A stretch of 64,000 bases of DNA, from positions 1 to 64,000 of IMG/VR virus record IMGVR_UViG_3300021142_002226. The stretch is one strand, 5' to 3'. Made by a program: the position numbers and the translations under genes. Of the stretch, positions 41,604-53,088 are shown one piece after another. This DNA comes from a virus. Every line of letters starts with the position of its first letter. Positions within the stretch are counted from its first letter, which is position 1. Under the pieces are notes generated by a model. The model searched no databases. It worked only from the letters and a program-made list of their open reading frames with translations, and was not told where the DNA came from.

Positions 41604-42502
41604 TATTGTATAATATTGTTATAAGCTTTCGAATTATCTATAGTTGTTCTTTTACGTCTAACCTCGTATAATTTATTATTTAAATTGTCTCTAATTTCAT
41701 AAAGATCGTATTGGGCATATATATTTTTATTTGAGTCATATAACGTGTAAATACCATCATCGATAGATTTTGTTTGATCGCCGTATAGTGCGATAGCCAA
41801 TGACTCAAGATCATAATTTACAAGCTCAACCTCAAATATTTCTGGTGCAAAATTGGTATTTGTTATAATAACACTTTGACCTTTTTTACCAATAAAAGGG
41901 GTCGCTGTAGGTTTAAAACTTGGGGCTGCATTAGGTGTTACAGTACAAAATAACATATTACCTGTATTATTGTAAATGTATTTAATGCTTTTTTGAGAAG
42001 AATTAGCTGTATTTACTTGTACTGGTTCAGATATAAATGAGGATGTTATAATTCTATAAAGATTTCTAACTTTAGTACCATCAGCATTTAAATATTCTAC
42101 TCTATAACCATCAAGGCCATTATTAGTAAATTTACTAATATATTCAGTTGGTACAGAGTTTCTATCGAAAACTAAACCTTGTACATCCGAATATGTTGCA
42201 AGTTGGGCACAATCAGCTATTGTAACCCTTATTTGAGTTGGTCTTACATATATTGTATAAAATCCTTTAGCATTGAATGTTGTTACTGGAAGTTTAAGGT
42301 TGTATAATCCACCTAAAACTTCAACGTTTGTGCCACCAAGCGTTGAATTACTATAAACTGGTGTCAAAACATCACTACCATTTAATTTTGTAATTATTTG
42401 GTTTTCTGTAGCATTTCTGGTTGGCGTGTAAATTACTATAACCTCAACATCTATCGGATCCACATCTGCTGGTCTTTTTACACCATAAACTCCTATCGCC
42501 AT
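41603..42502 (-). CDS. Putative structural protein
   Basis: 299 aa in the baseplate operon. Confidence 0.7.
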   Translation of the reverse strand: MAIGVYGVKRPADVDPIDVEVIVIYTPTRNATENQIITKLNGSDVLTPVYSNSTLGGTNVEVLGGLYNLKLPVTTFNAKGFYTIYVRPTQIRVTIADCAQLATYSDVQGLVFDRNSVPTEYISKFTNNGLDGYRVEYLNADGTKVRNLYRIITSSFISEPVQVNTANSSQKSIKYIYNNTGNMLFCTVTPNAAPSFKPTATPFIGKKGQSVIITNTNFAPEIFEVELVNYDLESLAIALYGDQTKSIDDGIYTLYDSNKNIYAQYDLYEIRDNLNNKLYEVRRKRTTIDNSKAYNNIIQ

Positions 42503-42522
42503 ATTAAAATATTTTTTATATT

Positions 42523-43512
42523 TTATTTTACATTTTTAAAATTGAACCCTTGCGAATTCATTTTATAATAATTTATACCAATTTTCATAAGTTCTGACAC
42601 CGATTTAACGTTTTTCAGTCTTATAACTGGTTCGAAAGCGTTATTTACACCTCTATCAATAAATACTTGATTAAAGATTTTAGGTTCCTCAATTAATCCA
42701 GGATATAAAACAACATTTGCATTATTTTGCGGAGTGTCGTCAGCTCGTCTATACATAAAGGTAGTTGTTCCATCAGGAAAATCAATATATTTTATAGGAT
42801 AGTTAGAATCAATATACAAAACATATTCAAGATAATCGCCAATATTCAAAATCATACCATATTGGTCGGTACCAGATATTTTGATAGGAACATGTATTTT
42901 TTTCAAATTTGATGTCGTATTTGTATTTGTCTGGGTTTTGGATGAATTTACAGCGTTATTCAACTGACTTATAGAAGAAAATCCTTTGACAGAATTAGTA
43001 TTATATTTATATGGTGAATTTACATCAACAGATTTTACCACATTTGCAGAATTATAAAAATTTGCCCCAGAAGAATTTGTTATCAAAATTGTATTTGGTC
43101 GGTTATTTACATCCAAATCGATATCCGAATAAGAATTATATAGGTTACTAAATTTACTTGTGGTTGTACCAGTAACAAAAACATACTTTGTTGTATTAAA
43201 ATAATTTTTAATATATTCATATGATTTTAAGTCTACAGGTGTTGTTGTTAAACTTGCTGGTACGGTAGTTTGGTTTACTACTTTTACGTTTAATGTGGCA
43301 CTATCGTTTTGTGTTGTTGTATAACTATTTAAAACCGATTTATCTAATGCGTATCTATTTGGTGAAATTGCTGTATTATATGATTTATCCAGCATATTTT
43401 CTATTGTATCAATTGTCAATTTATTAGCATTAATATATGATCCAGTTATTGATACAACTGATTCCAAACCAATTAAGATATTATAATCTGTATTTCCTAT
43501 TAATATTTGCAT
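42523..43512 (-). CDS. Putative structural protein
   Basis: 329 aa, N/T/S-rich. Confidence 0.7.
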   Translation of the reverse strand: MQILIGNTDYNILIGLESVVSITGSYINANKLTIDTIENMLDKSYNTAISPNRYALDKSVLNSYTTTQNDSATLNVKVVNQTTVPASLTTTPVDLKSYEYIKNYFNTTKYVFVTGTTTSKFSNLYNSYSDIDLDVNNRPNTILITNSSGANFYNSANVVKSVDVNSPYKYNTNSVKGFSSISQLNNAVNSSKTQTNTNTTSNLKKIHVPIKISGTDQYGMILNIGDYLEYVLYIDSNYPIKYIDFPDGTTTFMYRRADDTPQNNANVVLYPGLIEEPKIFNQVFIDRGVNNAFEPVIRLKNVKSVSELMKIGINYYKMNSQGFNFKNVK

Positions 43513-43515
43513 ATC

Positions 43516-46086
43516 TTAGCTCAATTTAAGTGTATAATTTATTGGGATGGTATATTCCATTTTATTTTTAACCGAATCTTTCAATTCCAAATTAAGATTA
43601 GCTGTTATTGTAATTTCATTATATGGGTTATAAATAAAGTATGCAGCAAATTCACCAAGAAAAAATTTAAGGTTTATATCTATACTATCATTTGGTTTTA
43701 TTGATGTGGTATTTTCGAATTCGTACTCCGCAGTTATACCCAACATGAAAGTTCTAAGATTACCAATTTCTGATTGCACTGAATAATTATTGGTATCTTT
43801 AACTATATTGTTTTGTATATAATTGGTAAGACCTTGTAACGTACTACCATGTATATAATCGGTAAGACCTTGTAACGTACTACCAGTTGTAATTCCTGAA
43901 TTTCTATATTCGAATTCATAATATTTTGTCAAATCAGAGTTACTATAATTAGTATTAAGCGATGTAAAATCGATATCATTTGACAAATGTTGTGTCAAGT
44001 TAACAAAGCCAGGAAAATTAGTTTTAAATTTATTTAAGATATAATCACTATACCCTATTATATTATCACCACCATATACAAGAAAAAATAGTTTCTGCAA
44101 CATTTTATCACTACTTAAATAATAATCAAACAATCGATTCAAATCATTCAAATCTGTTAGGTCAATATTAAAGATATTATTATAATAAGTTTCATTATCC
44201 ATTGTTGCGGTTTGAATTGCATCATCAATAAGATTTTGTAAAGTTTGGCCATTTGGGATTACATAATAAACCCAATTATAATTTTCATCATTTGACTTAT
44301 AATAATTTTTATTTATATAATCTGCCAACCCATTCAAGACACTTGAATCTTCTCTATACGTATTTATCAAAGAATCGTCTGAGATGAAAGCAGTAAATTG
44401 ATCTGAAAAAAGATTATTTTTTGTAGTATATATATCAGAATATGTAATATATGATTCTGCAATAATTCTTTTTTTATTGTATTTGTCTATTGAATAGACG
44501 TTATTATCATTAAAAACAATTTGTTGGGTGTTACCTGGAAACTGGTAATTATCAAGATATTGTAATGGATTATGATTTATAGTGCAATTACTAAGTGACA
44601 ATTTATTTATATAAAAACTATCTGAAGTTCCATTATTTGTTATTTTTATACTATCTATCAAATGTTCATAGCAATTTACATCTATAGTTGTTTCACCAAG
44701 ATTTTGATAACTAATAATTTTATTTGTAAAAGGGAACATTTTTTTGATGGATATACATGATTGATTATTCACCAAATTATTCTTTAATGTTGTTTTTATG
44801 AACCCAGATGTTTTATCATCATTAATTACAGTATGTTTACCAATACTTCTGTTTGCTATATTAACATCATAATCAAAATCAGATATTTGGGAAAAATAAT
44901 TATTTATTTGATCATTATCTAAATACAATAACTGCTTAGTATCTGGTATTTGAATATTTGTTTTATTAACAGACGGTTTGAATATTCGTGTATTATCAAC
45001 AGTGGTAATTATTGGTTCATTTAAATTTATAGGTCTTGTATTAGGTACAAGTTTACCAGCCCAATAATCATCGTAATATAATTGGTAAAGATCAATATCA
45101 TATGCCTCAATTATATAATCACCAATAGCCTCGTTATACTCATATATACCATATGTTTTATTATTATAATTGAAGCTATAATTCAAGTATTCATTTTTGT
45201 GATTAAAAGTTGTTTGAGATTGTACACCTTTTTTTTGCGGACTATGTATTGAAGATGGGATTAATGGAATTTTATTACCAGAAAGAGCATCCCAAAAACT
45301 GAACTTCACATAAAAACTTTGTGTTGTATAACTATTCAAAAAATTAATTGAGAATCCTTCCACTCCATCGATTAAAGAGAACGATGGTCTTGCTTGATAA
45401 ATCCCATTTACAGATTGTTCATGATACATATATCTATCATTAACAAAAATTGGTATAAACATGATTCTTTTTTGAGTTGTTGGAATTGGTGTTGTATAGA
45501 ATTCCATAGTCAAAAAAGAGTTATATAGGAAAGCCGATTTACTAAAACCATTTATATCATTTTTCCACGTTTCGATTTTTTGAGAAAATGGAAATGTAAA
45601 AGAATCATAAAATAATGGTAAACCACTCTGTAATGGTTTAATTTTTATAAACTCCTCGATTGGATTAGTAACTAAATATGGTCTTGTGATATTGATTTGT
45701 TGTGGTGTTAAATTAGCATCAAGTGGTGTTAATGGTGCCAAATTATTGTTATCCTGTTTAATTTCATATGGGTTCAATATAGTAATATTAGTATCTAATA
45801 TACTCTTAGCTGAACTCAAATATGTTGAGAATGCTGGTTCAATATTCTTAACTATATCTGGATTCAAATCCATATTTTTAAATGACAAAAAATATGTAAA
45901 TAAATTTATAGTGTTAGATTTGGGTTTAAAATTATATATCTCACTGTCAAAAATAGCATTGATTGTTTTATCACCAGCTTTATTCAAAAGATTTTGGTAA
46001 TAAAAATCCGTATCCGAACTTTGATCTTGATTTGTTATATTGGCAACAACATTCAAATCTATATTATTTAATACTGATGTTAGCAT
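43516..46086 (-). CDS. Putative structural protein
   Basis: 856 aa in the baseplate operon. Confidence 0.7.
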   Translation of the reverse strand: MLTSVLNNIDLNVVANITNQDQSSDTDFYYQNLLNKAGDKTINAIFDSEIYNFKPKSNTINLFTYFLSFKNMDLNPDIVKNIEPAFSTYLSSAKSILDTNITILNPYEIKQDNNNLAPLTPLDANLTPQQINITRPYLVTNPIEEFIKIKPLQSGLPLFYDSFTFPFSQKIETWKNDINGFSKSAFLYNSFLTMEFYTTPIPTTQKRIMFIPIFVNDRYMYHEQSVNGIYQARPSFSLIDGVEGFSINFLNSYTTQSFYVKFSFWDALSGNKIPLIPSSIHSPQKKGVQSQTTFNHKNEYLNYSFNYNNKTYGIYEYNEAIGDYIIEAYDIDLYQLYYDDYWAGKLVPNTRPINLNEPIITTVDNTRIFKPSVNKTNIQIPDTKQLLYLDNDQINNYFSQISDFDYDVNIANRSIGKHTVINDDKTSGFIKTTLKNNLVNNQSCISIKKMFPFTNKIISYQNLGETTIDVNCYEHLIDSIKITNNGTSDSFYINKLSLSNCTINHNPLQYLDNYQFPGNTQQIVFNDNNVYSIDKYNKKRIIAESYITYSDIYTTKNNLFSDQFTAFISDDSLINTYREDSSVLNGLADYINKNYYKSNDENYNWVYYVIPNGQTLQNLIDDAIQTATMDNETYYNNIFNIDLTDLNDLNRLFDYYLSSDKMLQKLFFLVYGGDNIIGYSDYILNKFKTNFPGFVNLTQHLSNDIDFTSLNTNYSNSDLTKYYEFEYRNSGITTGSTLQGLTDYIHGSTLQGLTNYIQNNIVKDTNNYSVQSEIGNLRTFMLGITAEYEFENTTSIKPNDSIDINLKFFLGEFAAYFIYNPYNEITITANLNLELKDSVKNKMEYTIPINYTLKLS
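43814..43885. repeat. 36-bp in-frame tandem duplication
   Basis: Two copies with one mismatch, encoding GSTLQGLTDYIH / GSTLQGLTNYIQ. Confidence 0.9.
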
Positions 46087-47873
46087 GGTTTATCTGTATA
46101 TGTTTGGAATGGATTATTATCAAGGTTTTGTTGGTTTGTTGTATCACCAATTAGTGTATCAGTTATAGAATTTAAATCATTTATAAGATTGTTCAAATCA
46201 TTTATTCCGCCATTGTTCAATAAATCGGCCTGGCTAATATCGTTGATATTCAAATCGTATTTTGTTGTTTTATTTTTTTCAATATTCAAAATAAAGTTAA
46301 TATTATTAAAAACATAATATGAATTATTCATGAATGGAAAATCAACAGTAACACCATTTTCATCAGCAACGCCAATATCATAAAGATCCCTCCATAAATA
46401 TGTTTTTTTGGTTAAACTATATGATGCGTAATCTGGCATATTCAATACATTATTACCAGTTTCAACATAGCTCGATAAATGTTTTATTGTTATATTTGTG
46501 AACGGATTATAGTGAAATAGAACATCATTATGTATAAATCTATGATACATAGGTGTTATTTCGGTTTCTGTTAAATTTTCAAGACTGTATTCACATAATG
46601 ATATCATGTGTATATCACCAACTTTAGGCTTTGATGCTAATAACGTGGTTTTAGCTGGCGATACCATTTCAAAACCATCTGAATCTGTTGTGAATTCTAT
46701 TAAATTATAAAAATTTGCTTCAACATCACCAAAAGTTGCATCGCTTGTACTACCGTTTTTGAATACCCCTATATACAAATTATTTAATGGATAATTTAAA
46801 TTATCTCTTAATAAATCTGTATTTATTGTTTGCTTAAAAATGAAATTTTTATTAATACTACCGTAAGTTGATTGGGAAAATGCACAATCATCAAAATTAT
46901 CAAGAACCGCCAAAACCTGTGCTTTCTTCACATAATATTCTAATATTTCATTGTTTTGTATTTTTCTTATGAAATAACTTGGTTTTGCAACTTTATATAT
47001 ACTTGGTCTATTTGATACAAAGTTTTCTATATCTACAGGTGTAAAATTAAAATCTATATTTCTTATACTAAATTTTAATGTGTTAGTTGTTGTAGTAGAA
47101 ACTTTTTGAGTATTATTGATTAAAAATGATTGTAGCTTTTTTGGACTAACATTTACCTTTATATTGTTATAACCATTTTCAGCATTCATCAAAGCAACAT
47201 TATTCAATGGTGAATATACTTTGGTTGGTGTAATAAATTTATTATAATTAAATGATGCGTTAACCGTTATAAGATTACCATTAACACTTGTTATTTCATA
47301 TATACCTGAACCTAAATATTGAGCATTATTTGGATCTGTATTTGTTATATACACACTGTCACCTTGGGAAAAATTATGACCAAGATATAATAAAAAACCA
47401 GCTGTATTATCTTTAAGACTTTGAGTTTTTGTTAAAGCAGGTAAACCATTATTTAGATCGTATGTGACATCATTTTTAACATTATTCAATATTTTTTGAC
47501 CTTTAAATCCGTTATCTTGAATAGGTTGTAACAACACAACACTCCAATTCTGGTTTGTAAAATCCAATAAGTTTCTATTGATAGTTATTGGTGTTACCGC
47601 AACTGGTTTGGATGATTTATTTACAGGATTGGTATTAATGATTGGGTTAATTTTACCATATATTCTAAAATTATTAGAGGATTGTTTTTCTAATATAAAT
47701 TGGCTGTCTTGACTAATCTCAAGAAATAAATTTGTTTCTATAGTATTAGATGACGGTTGTTCCAATATAAGTCTTGTACTCAAATCAACATTTGAGTTTG
47801 CCGTGCTTTTATACTGTCCTAATACTTCTGTTAAATTATCCATATTATTTCTTAACTTTATAATATAATTCAA
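46080..47873 (-). CDS. Putative structural protein
   Basis: 597 aa in the baseplate operon. Confidence 0.7.
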   Translation of the reverse strand: MNYIIKLRNNMDNLTEVLGQYKSTANSNVDLSTRLILEQPSSNTIETNLFLEISQDSQFILEKQSSNNFRIYGKINPIINTNPVNKSSKPVAVTPITINRNLLDFTNQNWSVVLLQPIQDNGFKGQKILNNVKNDVTYDLNNGLPALTKTQSLKDNTAGFLLYLGHNFSQGDSVYITNTDPNNAQYLGSGIYEITSVNGNLITVNASFNYNKFITPTKVYSPLNNVALMNAENGYNNIKVNVSPKKLQSFLINNTQKVSTTTTNTLKFSIRNIDFNFTPVDIENFVSNRPSIYKVAKPSYFIRKIQNNEILEYYVKKAQVLAVLDNFDDCAFSQSTYGSINKNFIFKQTINTDLLRDNLNYPLNNLYIGVFKNGSTSDATFGDVEANFYNLIEFTTDSDGFEMVSPAKTTLLASKPKVGDIHMISLCEYSLENLTETEITPMYHRFIHNDVLFHYNPFTNITIKHLSSYVETGNNVLNMPDYASYSLTKKTYLWRDLYDIGVADENGVTVDFPFMNNSYYVFNNINFILNIEKNKTTKYDLNINDISQADLLNNGGINDLNNLINDLNSITDTLIGDTTNQQNLDNNPFQTYTDKPC

Positions 47874-50145
47874 TATCTTTTAATGCATTATTTGGTTCAA
47901 ATCTTCCAAAATAATAGAAATTGTTATTGAATAAGTTAGCTTTATAGTTAGTTGTTGAAAACGAATTGATTGATTTTGAATAATCGGTTTCTGCCTGAGT
48001 AATGTCACCTTTTCTGAATGAAGAATAAACACCATTAGATATTAACACATCAAGATCATCTGTAATATCAACAACATTAAAATCCATAAATTCTGTCAAG
48101 AAGATATCTTCAACTGAATTTATAAAAGGGCCGTATGTATATTGTAAATTTACGGCTTGAGTATATGGATTCTGTATACCATAAGAATTCGCTGTGGAAC
48201 CAACAACATTTTGAAGTTCCAAAGCATAACCAGTCAAAAATGGTGCTGGTAATGTTGTATTGTCACCATAATCCCATGTTAGGTTTTGACCGTATGTGGA
48301 TACGCCATTAGAATTAAAAAAACTACCTGCACTATATAGCTCTCTGAAAACATCCCCTGAATTAACACCATTCAATCCAACACCAATACCCAAGTATTTT
48401 TCGTATTCTTTTATTGGTGTGTTATATGTAACCGAACCATCAATATATGGTATGTTAATAATTGCAGCTGGTGATATTATATCATCGGTACTATTTGGTG
48501 CAGGATATGGATATGCTGTTGGTTGTAAATCAATTTTTATCCTTGGCATTAAAACCGAACCAATTATATCAATACTATTTGTATCATTTGTAATATTTGG
48601 AATATCTCTGAAATCAACTGGATAATTCCAATAGATGTCATTAGATACTTTATACGGACTTGTATACGGAAACCACGATACATAATTACCTGATTCCCTA
48701 ACATCATCAATTGTATGTTTATAATAAGTTGTTTTTAATGTATAAAACCTTCTTTTTCTATCGTGTATATCATATTCGAATAAAGAAGTCGATATATCAT
48801 TCCAACCACCAAGATTCGGATCTCCATCATTTGTTGATGGAACTCTAAAACCAGGTAATATTGGATTGGAATACCAGCCCTCTGGTTGTCTTCTACCGTA
48901 CCATGATTCGGAATTTTCATAAAATTCAAATGTATAATGTCCTTTTGTAGGAATACCTGTCTTTTTATCTTTGGATGGTAAAAGATCACCAAACTCATTA
49001 TAGGAATAATAATCCTCATACATTGGTAATGCTAATCTAAATATACCATTATTAACAGATAATTCATATACACCAGTTCTTTGTCTACTCACCCCATCAT
49101 CCGCCAATTTATAGACAACAACTTTAGGATTTTGGAATGGATAAATATCACCATTCATATATCCAAGAGATGAATCTGTTGCAAGTATCTGTGGTTGATT
49201 TGGAAATGCTTTGGTGTTATCTTGTAATTGTGCCATCTTGTATGTTGCCGAATCAATAGTAAATCCACCTGACAAAGAATCAAGATAACCAAAAAATACT
49301 GCTGACGGCGTGTATTTAAAATTGACTGTAAAATCACATCTTGTTATACCCACATCGCAAAAATTATCATCACCCCAGAATGGTGCAACGTTAATTGTTT
49401 TTTGCCCATGAAATATATTTGGCATAGATGATATGTCCAACTTTATCTCCACAGCAAAGTTGTTATTACCGTAATAGGTATAATCTGGTATTTTATTAGG
49501 ATCTACTGTTTGACTTGTTGTTGTACCAAATGCACTTATTAATGTACCAAGACTATCTAACGCATTATTAACTGTTGTTAATTGTACAAGATCATTAGCT
49601 GAAATATCAAATGATTCTGTATCGAAAACATCGAAATCCATAACAACATCTTGTTTACCTAATGGTACACCAAATATCATATAATCACCAGCATGGTTAG
49701 TTATGGTTGTATATTTATAATATTTTTCAAAAACCTCAACAGATTGTGGATAATGAACAAAATCATTTATATTAGGGAAATTACCAACCGCTCTATGACT
49801 TGGGTTCGCACCTCTAACTCTTGGTAACAAGTTATATCTTACACCATTTGGATATGTATCTGTCAATGATGTAAATGGATATAGTTGTGTTATTTCTGGT
49901 CTTTCTTGATCGTCAGCAGATATTGGTACAAATACAGTAACTTTAGCATTTTGAACCCCAAATCCATTTGTTAATGTAACTCTACCGACAATAACACCAA
50001 AATCCGAACACATTCTTCTATATGCATCGGTACTTGTAATTTTCAAACTCAAAACATCAAGAGTTTCAAACTCTTGTTCTAAGTTTACTCTTACAACTTT
50101 TTCATTTTTATTATTTAAATTTATCGGTATTCTTATATCACTCAT
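47845..50145 (-). CDS. Structural protein with N-terminal carboxypeptidase-regulatory-like (transthyretin-like) beta-sandwich
   Basis: GVIVGRVTLTNGFGVQNAKVTV...TTITNHAGDYMIFGVPLGKQDV. Confidence 0.6.
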   Translation of the reverse strand: MSDIRIPINLNNKNEKVVRVNLEQEFETLDVLSLKITSTDAYRRMCSDFGVIVGRVTLTNGFGVQNAKVTVFVPISADDQERPEITQLYPFTSLTDTYPNGVRYNLLPRVRGANPSHRAVGNFPNINDFVHYPQSVEVFEKYYKYTTITNHAGDYMIFGVPLGKQDVVMDFDVFDTESFDISANDLVQLTTVNNALDSLGTLISAFGTTTSQTVDPNKIPDYTYYGNNNFAVEIKLDISSMPNIFHGQKTINVAPFWGDDNFCDVGITRCDFTVNFKYTPSAVFFGYLDSLSGGFTIDSATYKMAQLQDNTKAFPNQPQILATDSSLGYMNGDIYPFQNPKVVVYKLADDGVSRQRTGVYELSVNNGIFRLALPMYEDYYSYNEFGDLLPSKDKKTGIPTKGHYTFEFYENSESWYGRRQPEGWYSNPILPGFRVPSTNDGDPNLGGWNDISTSLFEYDIHDRKRRFYTLKTTYYKHTIDDVRESGNYVSWFPYTSPYKVSNDIYWNYPVDFRDIPNITNDTNSIDIIGSVLMPRIKIDLQPTAYPYPAPNSTDDIISPAAIINIPYIDGSVTYNTPIKEYEKYLGIGVGLNGVNSGDVFRELYSAGSFFNSNGVSTYGQNLTWDYGDNTTLPAPFLTGYALELQNVVGSTANSYGIQNPYTQAVNLQYTYGPFINSVEDIFLTEFMDFNVVDITDDLDVLISNGVYSSFRKGDITQAETDYSKSINSFSTTNYKANLFNNNFYYFGRFEPNNALKDIELYYKVKK

Positions 50146-50146
50146 A

Positions 50147-51982
50147 TTATATTAATGTTCTAATTGGTGTTGATACAACTGGTATTACAACTATATCACT
50201 ATTAGGGTTTCTTAATTGTAGAATTTGATTTTCGTCACAATTTAATATACCTGTTGTTATATCTATCTCCCCTGTTGAGGTGTCTAAAATGTTTTGATTA
50301 ATAGTATTTTGTGAATATCCTGAAGTTGTTTCATTAAAAACCTTGATATAATTTAAATTAAGAACACCTTGTATTTGGGAAATTATTTTATTCAAGTTGT
50401 AAACATAATAACTTTGACCCATTTGTCTATTAGTTGAAACAAATTCATTGGTTACAGCAGAAATTATTTGTGTTACTGTTGAAAGTTGTGATGTTGAATC
50501 TACAACAACAGATATTTCAAAACCCAAATCAACAACTTCGCCAGGTTTTACAACAACATAATCATTTATCATCCTATATTCTGAAAGATATGTAGCTATA
50601 TTTTCGAGTATAACACTTGTTATTTGTGAATCGAAAGCGCCACTACTATCAACAGTTATTGGATTAACTTCTATTTTATTTTGATTTTGTCTCACACCTA
50701 CTCTTGCTGGGGTACCAAATTTACTTGGCATACCCAGTAATATTGCTTTATAATCATTTAATGTTACAGCTCTGTTTTGAGCAGCGAAATTATATGATAT
50801 ATAATTTCTCAATTCCTCAATTGATGGAGCTTCACCTCCACCCACAGCTGGTGTAATGTTAGTAACAGTCAAAGAGCCTTGTACGATACCATTAAGCTGC
50901 GCATCAGGGCCATTCAAAGTTATATTCAAATATCCAAATGATGTAATCACATTAGCGCCAACATTACTTGAGGATCCACCACCAACTCTATATTTTACAT
51001 ACATTGTTGTATTTGTTAGTGGTGCATAACCTAAACTATTATTGTTCAATAAATTACTTAATGAAATACTATTACCAGATAGAAATGAATCAAGTATATC
51101 GAATGCTTGGTTTGTTTGTCCACCGAATGTTAAAGTACAAAAACCTGTAGGTGTAAATTCTCTCACAAATCTATAGTTTGTATCTAACCATATACCTTTG
51201 TAAATACCATCACTTGTTGGCGGTACAGTTGTATCGTATACAAAAACTGAATTTTCAGCTAATGAATTTACCTCATACCATTTGTTTGTTGGTGAAGCAA
51301 ACTCGTTATCTGTAGGATTAGTTGTGAAGTTTATACCGTTTTTGTGAATCACAGACTCAATATCAAGAACATTATTTTCTGGTAATGTTATTTGATAAAA
51401 AGGTGTTGGTGGTGTATTGTTAAATACTTGCGTATATATTCTCGTTGTACCAGCGACAACTATACCTGTTTTGGTAATCAAATATGCTGTTAATATACCA
51501 TTATTGAAAACTGGTGTTTTTGTTCTATCTAAAGCACCAGAAGAGTTCAGGTTACTACTAAAATCAACATCATACAAAAGTTCAAAAGTTTGGCCATTAC
51601 CTTGTACTTGGGTACCAGCTTTTAAAACAGGTAAATATCTTGTGTCTTCAGCATCACCAAAAACTGGTACTTGAACTGAGAATTGGCATACGGCTATACT
51701 TGCTGATAATGTTGGTAATTTTAAACCATAAGTTTTAGCTATATTAAACAGCGATCTTCCTTCTTGAGCAAAATCAAGTACAGTTTCCTGTAATGACCTA
51801 TCAATATTAAAATGTAGGTTATCCGCCAATGCCGCTCCAAGGTCAAGAAAGACAGACATAATTGATCCATCATTAAAGTTTTGGATTACATCAGGATAAT
51901 ATTTATTTATATAATCTATCTGCTCTTGTCTTAAAGTAGCAAAGTCTCTACTACCGTATGATATTGTATTTGTTGTTGCCAT
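50147..51982 (-). CDS. Baseplate wedge protein (T4 gp6 / baseplate J-like)
   Basis: SYGSRDFATLRQEQIDYI, VKYRVGGG, GGGEAPSIEELR, QNRAVTLNDY. Confidence 0.88.
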   Translation of the reverse strand: MATTNTISYGSRDFATLRQEQIDYINKYYPDVIQNFNDGSIMSVFLDLGAALADNLHFNIDRSLQETVLDFAQEGRSLFNIAKTYGLKLPTLSASIAVCQFSVQVPVFGDAEDTRYLPVLKAGTQVQGNGQTFELLYDVDFSSNLNSSGALDRTKTPVFNNGILTAYLITKTGIVVAGTTRIYTQVFNNTPPTPFYQITLPENNVLDIESVIHKNGINFTTNPTDNEFASPTNKWYEVNSLAENSVFVYDTTVPPTSDGIYKGIWLDTNYRFVREFTPTGFCTLTFGGQTNQAFDILDSFLSGNSISLSNLLNNNSLGYAPLTNTTMYVKYRVGGGSSSNVGANVITSFGYLNITLNGPDAQLNGIVQGSLTVTNITPAVGGGEAPSIEELRNYISYNFAAQNRAVTLNDYKAILLGMPSKFGTPARVGVRQNQNKIEVNPITVDSSGAFDSQITSVILENIATYLSEYRMINDYVVVKPGEVVDLGFEISVVVDSTSQLSTVTQIISAVTNEFVSTNRQMGQSYYVYNLNKIISQIQGVLNLNYIKVFNETTSGYSQNTINQNILDTSTGEIDITTGILNCDENQILQLRNPNSDIVVIPVVSTPIRTLI

Positions 51983-51984
51983 AA

Positions 51985-52401
51985 TTAGAATGTAATTGTT
52001 ACGTCATCAGAAACCTCAAAAGTTCTGGAAGTTATTGTATAATCAATTGTTACTGTTACTTTATGATGTGATTGTTGATCATTAACATATGCTGGATCAG
52101 TATCATATCGTTTTATATTAATTGTATTAATTTTTAAATTTGGTAAAAATGCTGTGCAAGCATCCTTTATTTCATTTTGGATTGCTGTTGTTACATTATC
52201 CGTCAATGGTTCAAATATATATTGATATAAATTTGTACCAAATTCTGGTAAAAAATATCTTGATCCCTTTCTTGTTAATAAAAGGTGTACCAAATCAGAT
52301 TTTATTTCTTTCTCAGGATATGTTGTTAAATCCAAAAAATCACCGTTTGTAGAATCCTGGAAAGGAAAATTTATACCTATTGTTTTTTGCCTGAAATTCA
52401 T
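51985..52401 (-). CDS. Baseplate gp25-like (sheath initiator) protein
   Basis: IKSDLVHLLLTRKGSRYFLPEFGTNLYQYIFEP; TATTTAT at 52416..52422. Confidence 0.9.
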   Translation of the reverse strand: MNFRQKTIGINFPFQDSTNGDFLDLTTYPEKEIKSDLVHLLLTRKGSRYFLPEFGTNLYQYIFEPLTDNVTTAIQNEIKDACTAFLPNLKINTINIKRYDTDPAYVNDQQSHHKVTVTIDYTITSRTFEVSDDVTITF

Positions 52402-52447
52402 GTCAAATATTTAATATAAATAGTAATCAAAATAAAATTATAGTCAA

Positions 52448-52478
52448 TAAAAAAAACCACCCAGAGAACTGAGTGGTT
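52448..52478 (-). terminator. Intrinsic terminator separating the RNR block from the baseplate operon
   Basis: AACCACUCAG-UUCU-CUGGGUGGUU followed by a U-run. Confidence 0.85.
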
Positions 52479-52505
52479 CATATTTAAAATATTTAAATAT
52501 TTAGT

Positions 52506-53063
52506 TTATATTCCTGAATTACATTCAGCAACCAATTTACACATGTATATAAAATAATCTTGTGAATAAATCCGTTTCATCATATTAATATCTTTATGTA
52601 CCCATTGTACATTTTCTTCAATATAACCTTTATTATTATCAATTCTGTCTAAAGACATTGTCATATTATTATATGTACTTTCTAACAACAAACCACTTAA
52701 AGAGCATAATTTATTCTGTTTTATAAACAAATCGTTTAGATAAGATATTGTTAGTTTAAATTCTATATTTCTAAGTTTAGCATCTCTTTTTATTTTACTA
52801 AAAACTTTACCAGGTATATTATTAAACCCTTTCCATGATGGGTTATTTTCTTTTTTTAATGAGTTACCACAATTTAAACATTTTGTTGATGTACCTTTGA
52901 TTAAAGAGTAACACGATACTTTTTTTATTTCACCACAAGAGCATTTACATGTTACTTTAGCTTCTTTTTCAATTATAATTTTTTCATCAATAATAGAATA
53001 TTCGCCATATTTTTGACCAATAGTAAATTTATTTGAATATTTAGATGTATTTTTACGTCCCAT
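52506..53063 (-). CDS. Free-standing HNH-type homing endonuclease
   Basis: CKCSCG...CLNC Zn motif; CSLSG...SLDRIDNNKGYIEENVQWVHKDINMMK. Confidence 0.8.
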   Translation of the reverse strand: MGRKNTSKYSNKFTIGQKYGEYSIIDEKIIIEKEAKVTCKCSCGEIKKVSCYSLIKGTSTKCLNCGNSLKKENNPSWKGFNNIPGKVFSKIKRDAKLRNIEFKLTISYLNDLFIKQNKLCSLSGLLLESTYNNMTMSLDRIDNNKGYIEENVQWVHKDINMMKRIYSQDYFIYMCKLVAECNSGI

Positions 53064-53088
53064 ATTAATAAATAGTATAGTATTTCCA

